From: Felis catus
Lineage: Eukaryota
Reading direction: 5' to 3'
NCBI RefSeq assembly: GCF_018350175.1
Contig: NC_058368.1
Span: 198,774,001-198,838,000 of the forward strand
Length of the DNA stretch: 64,000 nt
Under the pieces are notes generated by a model. That model did not search any database. It was not told where the DNA came from and worked only from the letters and a program-made list of their open reading frames with translations. The position numbers and the translations under genes were made by a program. This document shows positions 61,961 through 64,000 of the stretch, piece after piece; position 1 is the stretch's first letter; the number at the start of each line of letters is the position of its first letter.

Positions 61961-63288
61961 GCCAAAAAAAGATGTGGAGATAAAGGTATAATTTATATGC
62001 ACTGAGTAGAATCGTTATTATGGTTATTGACATTATGCAAAAGCAAATCATTGTGCCCAAATGGCCTAATTTTCTAAAACATGAAAACATAAATTCTTAA
62101 GAAAGAATCTTTCTCTGATTATATTTAAAGACTTACATTTTACTCTGTTCTAGAATAGTTTCATTTAAAATGGTACTTGCCAAACTTCTTGAAAAGGTTA
62201 AGTCTAAATATTTGAATTATTTAAATGAGTGGGTAGAGATTCATTAAGTGTAAAAATGCATGTGTCTACATGTTTGGGGCAATAAAAAAAGATGTCAATT
62301 TCCCATATTTTTATATGGACTTTGATGTTTTTCTTTAATTAAAGCTCAAGTTTGGACATCTTTCTGTTTTTCCTTAATTAATAATGGCTTTTTAATGACT
62401 TTTATATTAACAAGCAAATTAAGCTTTTTTTTTTTTTTTTTTTTTTTTAGCTGAAAAAGGGAAAACAGCCTTGAAGGTAAAACATAAGATTGCCAGATTG
62501 CTTGAGCCTGTTAGAGTTAACAGAAATTTTTTATTAATATAGTTTTCTGCTCAGCACAGTTTTCTGCTCTAGGGAAATAGTCTTTAATGATTCTTATGTG
62601 CAGTGCCCCTTTAATTATTTAGAACATTGGTTCTAGCAGTGTAGATGCAGAAAGTATGGAATATTTTGTTGAATTTGTACTAACTTCATATCAGGCCCAA
62701 GACATTGCTTTTTTTTTTTTTTTTTTTTGGTAAAACACTTGATACAGATCTGTGTTTTTGTAGTTTTATCTGTTAAAAATGGAATACAAAAATTGTAATT
62801 CCTTTAGTACTTGTTCTTTTTTGGATTCTAGTTAGTCAAGATTTTGCCATATGGTTCTGTAGCCATAGTAAAGCTGAACTGAAAAATGTGTGCTATTAAA
62901 AATGTCATATTTCTAAGATGTTAAAGCAAGATATGGCTGTAATTGCTGGGTTTACTTTCACTGAAATTATTTTCGGAATAACATCTCTTCTCCAGCTCTG
63001 CTCACAAATATGTACAAATTTGTAACGAATTATGGTTGACATTACTTGATCCATTCTTTGTCAATTAAGATTATGCAACTACCACCCAATGGATGTCTGT
63101 CGTTCTCATTTGGATCTCCATGGAGTATGACATAATCTTTAAAAATCCATTCATTTTTAAGTTTCAAAAATCCATCTCATTTAAATTAACCTGAATGACA
63201 AAGCACATGGTAAATTTTAAACAGGTACAAAACGGTATACAGTGAACAATATTCTGTTTTTTTCATGTGCCCTGGTCTGCTGTACTTT

Positions 63289-63490
63289 ATTATTTTTTTG
63301 TTTATTTTTGAGAGAGAGAGAGAGAGACCGAGTGTGAGTGGGGGAGGGGCAGAGAGAGAGGGAGACACAGAATCCAAAGTAGGCCCCAGGCCCTGAGCTG
63401 TCAGCACAGAGCCTGACACGGGGTTCGAACCCATGATCTGTGGGATGATGAGCTGTAGTCAGACCATTGACCGAGCCACGCAGGTGCCCC
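63289..63490 (-). mobile_element. CAN-SINE (SINEC_Fc-type)
   Basis: Imperfect TSD tggtctgctgtacttta / tagtctgttgtacttta. Confidence 0.92.
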
Positions 63491-63829
63491 TAGTCTGTTG
63501 TACTTTAAAACTCTCATCCTTCAACCTAGCTACTTGCTTAGGAGACTTTGAAGGTGAAAAGATTAGAAACACCAACTTAATGAATTTTGCTTAACAATAT
63601 GAATGTGGACCGTATATTAATGATGTAATTATCTTAAAGATACTTCTAAGACACGTGCAGTAAGGTGCCGTAATCATTTCAGGAAAGTTAATTTTAACAC
63701 TTTAGTCTCTAGGTTGTTACCTTGAATTTTAAGCAGTTATGGTGGGGGGAGGTAATTTATAGGAACTCCAACTCTCATTTCTGGAGAAGACTTATTTTGG
63801 AATATGAGGATATGCATCTAAAAATCATA

Positions 63830-64000
63830 CTTTATTTTAATTATGAGAATCTTCAAAGATAGAGATAAGTACAAAAAATGACATGACAGTGAAACTCATC
63901 CACCCATTACCCAGATTCAGCACATTTTAACATTTTACCATATTTGTTCAGATCTCTTCCTTAAATCAGTAAAGATGCATTTTCAAAACCCCTTCCCTCA
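63830..64000 (-). mobile_element. Old L1M 3' end, antisense, runs off the window
   Basis: 'cacccattacccagattca...ttaacattttaccatatttg'. Confidence 0.6.

Noticed and set aside
1..64000. The many 60-146 aa ORFs in the supplied track
   Set aside because: Apart from 51601-51948 (ARL15 exon) and part of 60041-60226 (RTE fossil), they are low-complexity, SINE/L1-derived (for example MAQSVKRPTSAQVMIS...) or unrecognisable, as expected by chance in intronic DNA.
1..64000. CRISPR arrays, prokaryotic operons, NUMTs, snRNA/snoRNA/rRNA genes, endogenous viral genes
   Set aside because: None recognised on either strand. Repeated units are dispersed SINEs and microsatellites. Small RNAs cannot be fully excluded without an Infernal/Rfam search.

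Overview
This window is eukaryotic, AT-rich mammalian DNA. Abundant tRNA-derived CAN-SINEs, including near-identical young SINEC_Fc-type copies, point to a felid (cat family) genome. It lies entirely inside the ARL15 gene (ARF-like GTPase 15, + strand). Only two coding exons are visible: 60 nt at 11172-11231 and 209 nt at 51614-51822, joined across a 40,382-nt GT-AG intron. The rest is intronic: about 22 CAN-SINEs, young and old L1 fragments, L2, MIR, a long L3/CR1, MaLR/ERVL solo LTRs, hAT MITEs, microsatellites and several repeat-poor stretches that may be regulatory. Nearly all entries in the ORF track are spurious. I found no convincing novel gene system. The best leads are: (1) a young antisense SINE whose private variant creates a strong 3' splice site and a candidate poison exon; (2) candidate recursive splice sites and a non-repeat poison exon in the long intron; (3) near-identical inverted SINEs spanning exon 4; (4) a still-translatable fossil of an ancient RTE-clade LINE reverse transcriptase. 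Repeat family names and old-repeat boundaries were assigned by eye from remembered consensus sequences and are approximate.
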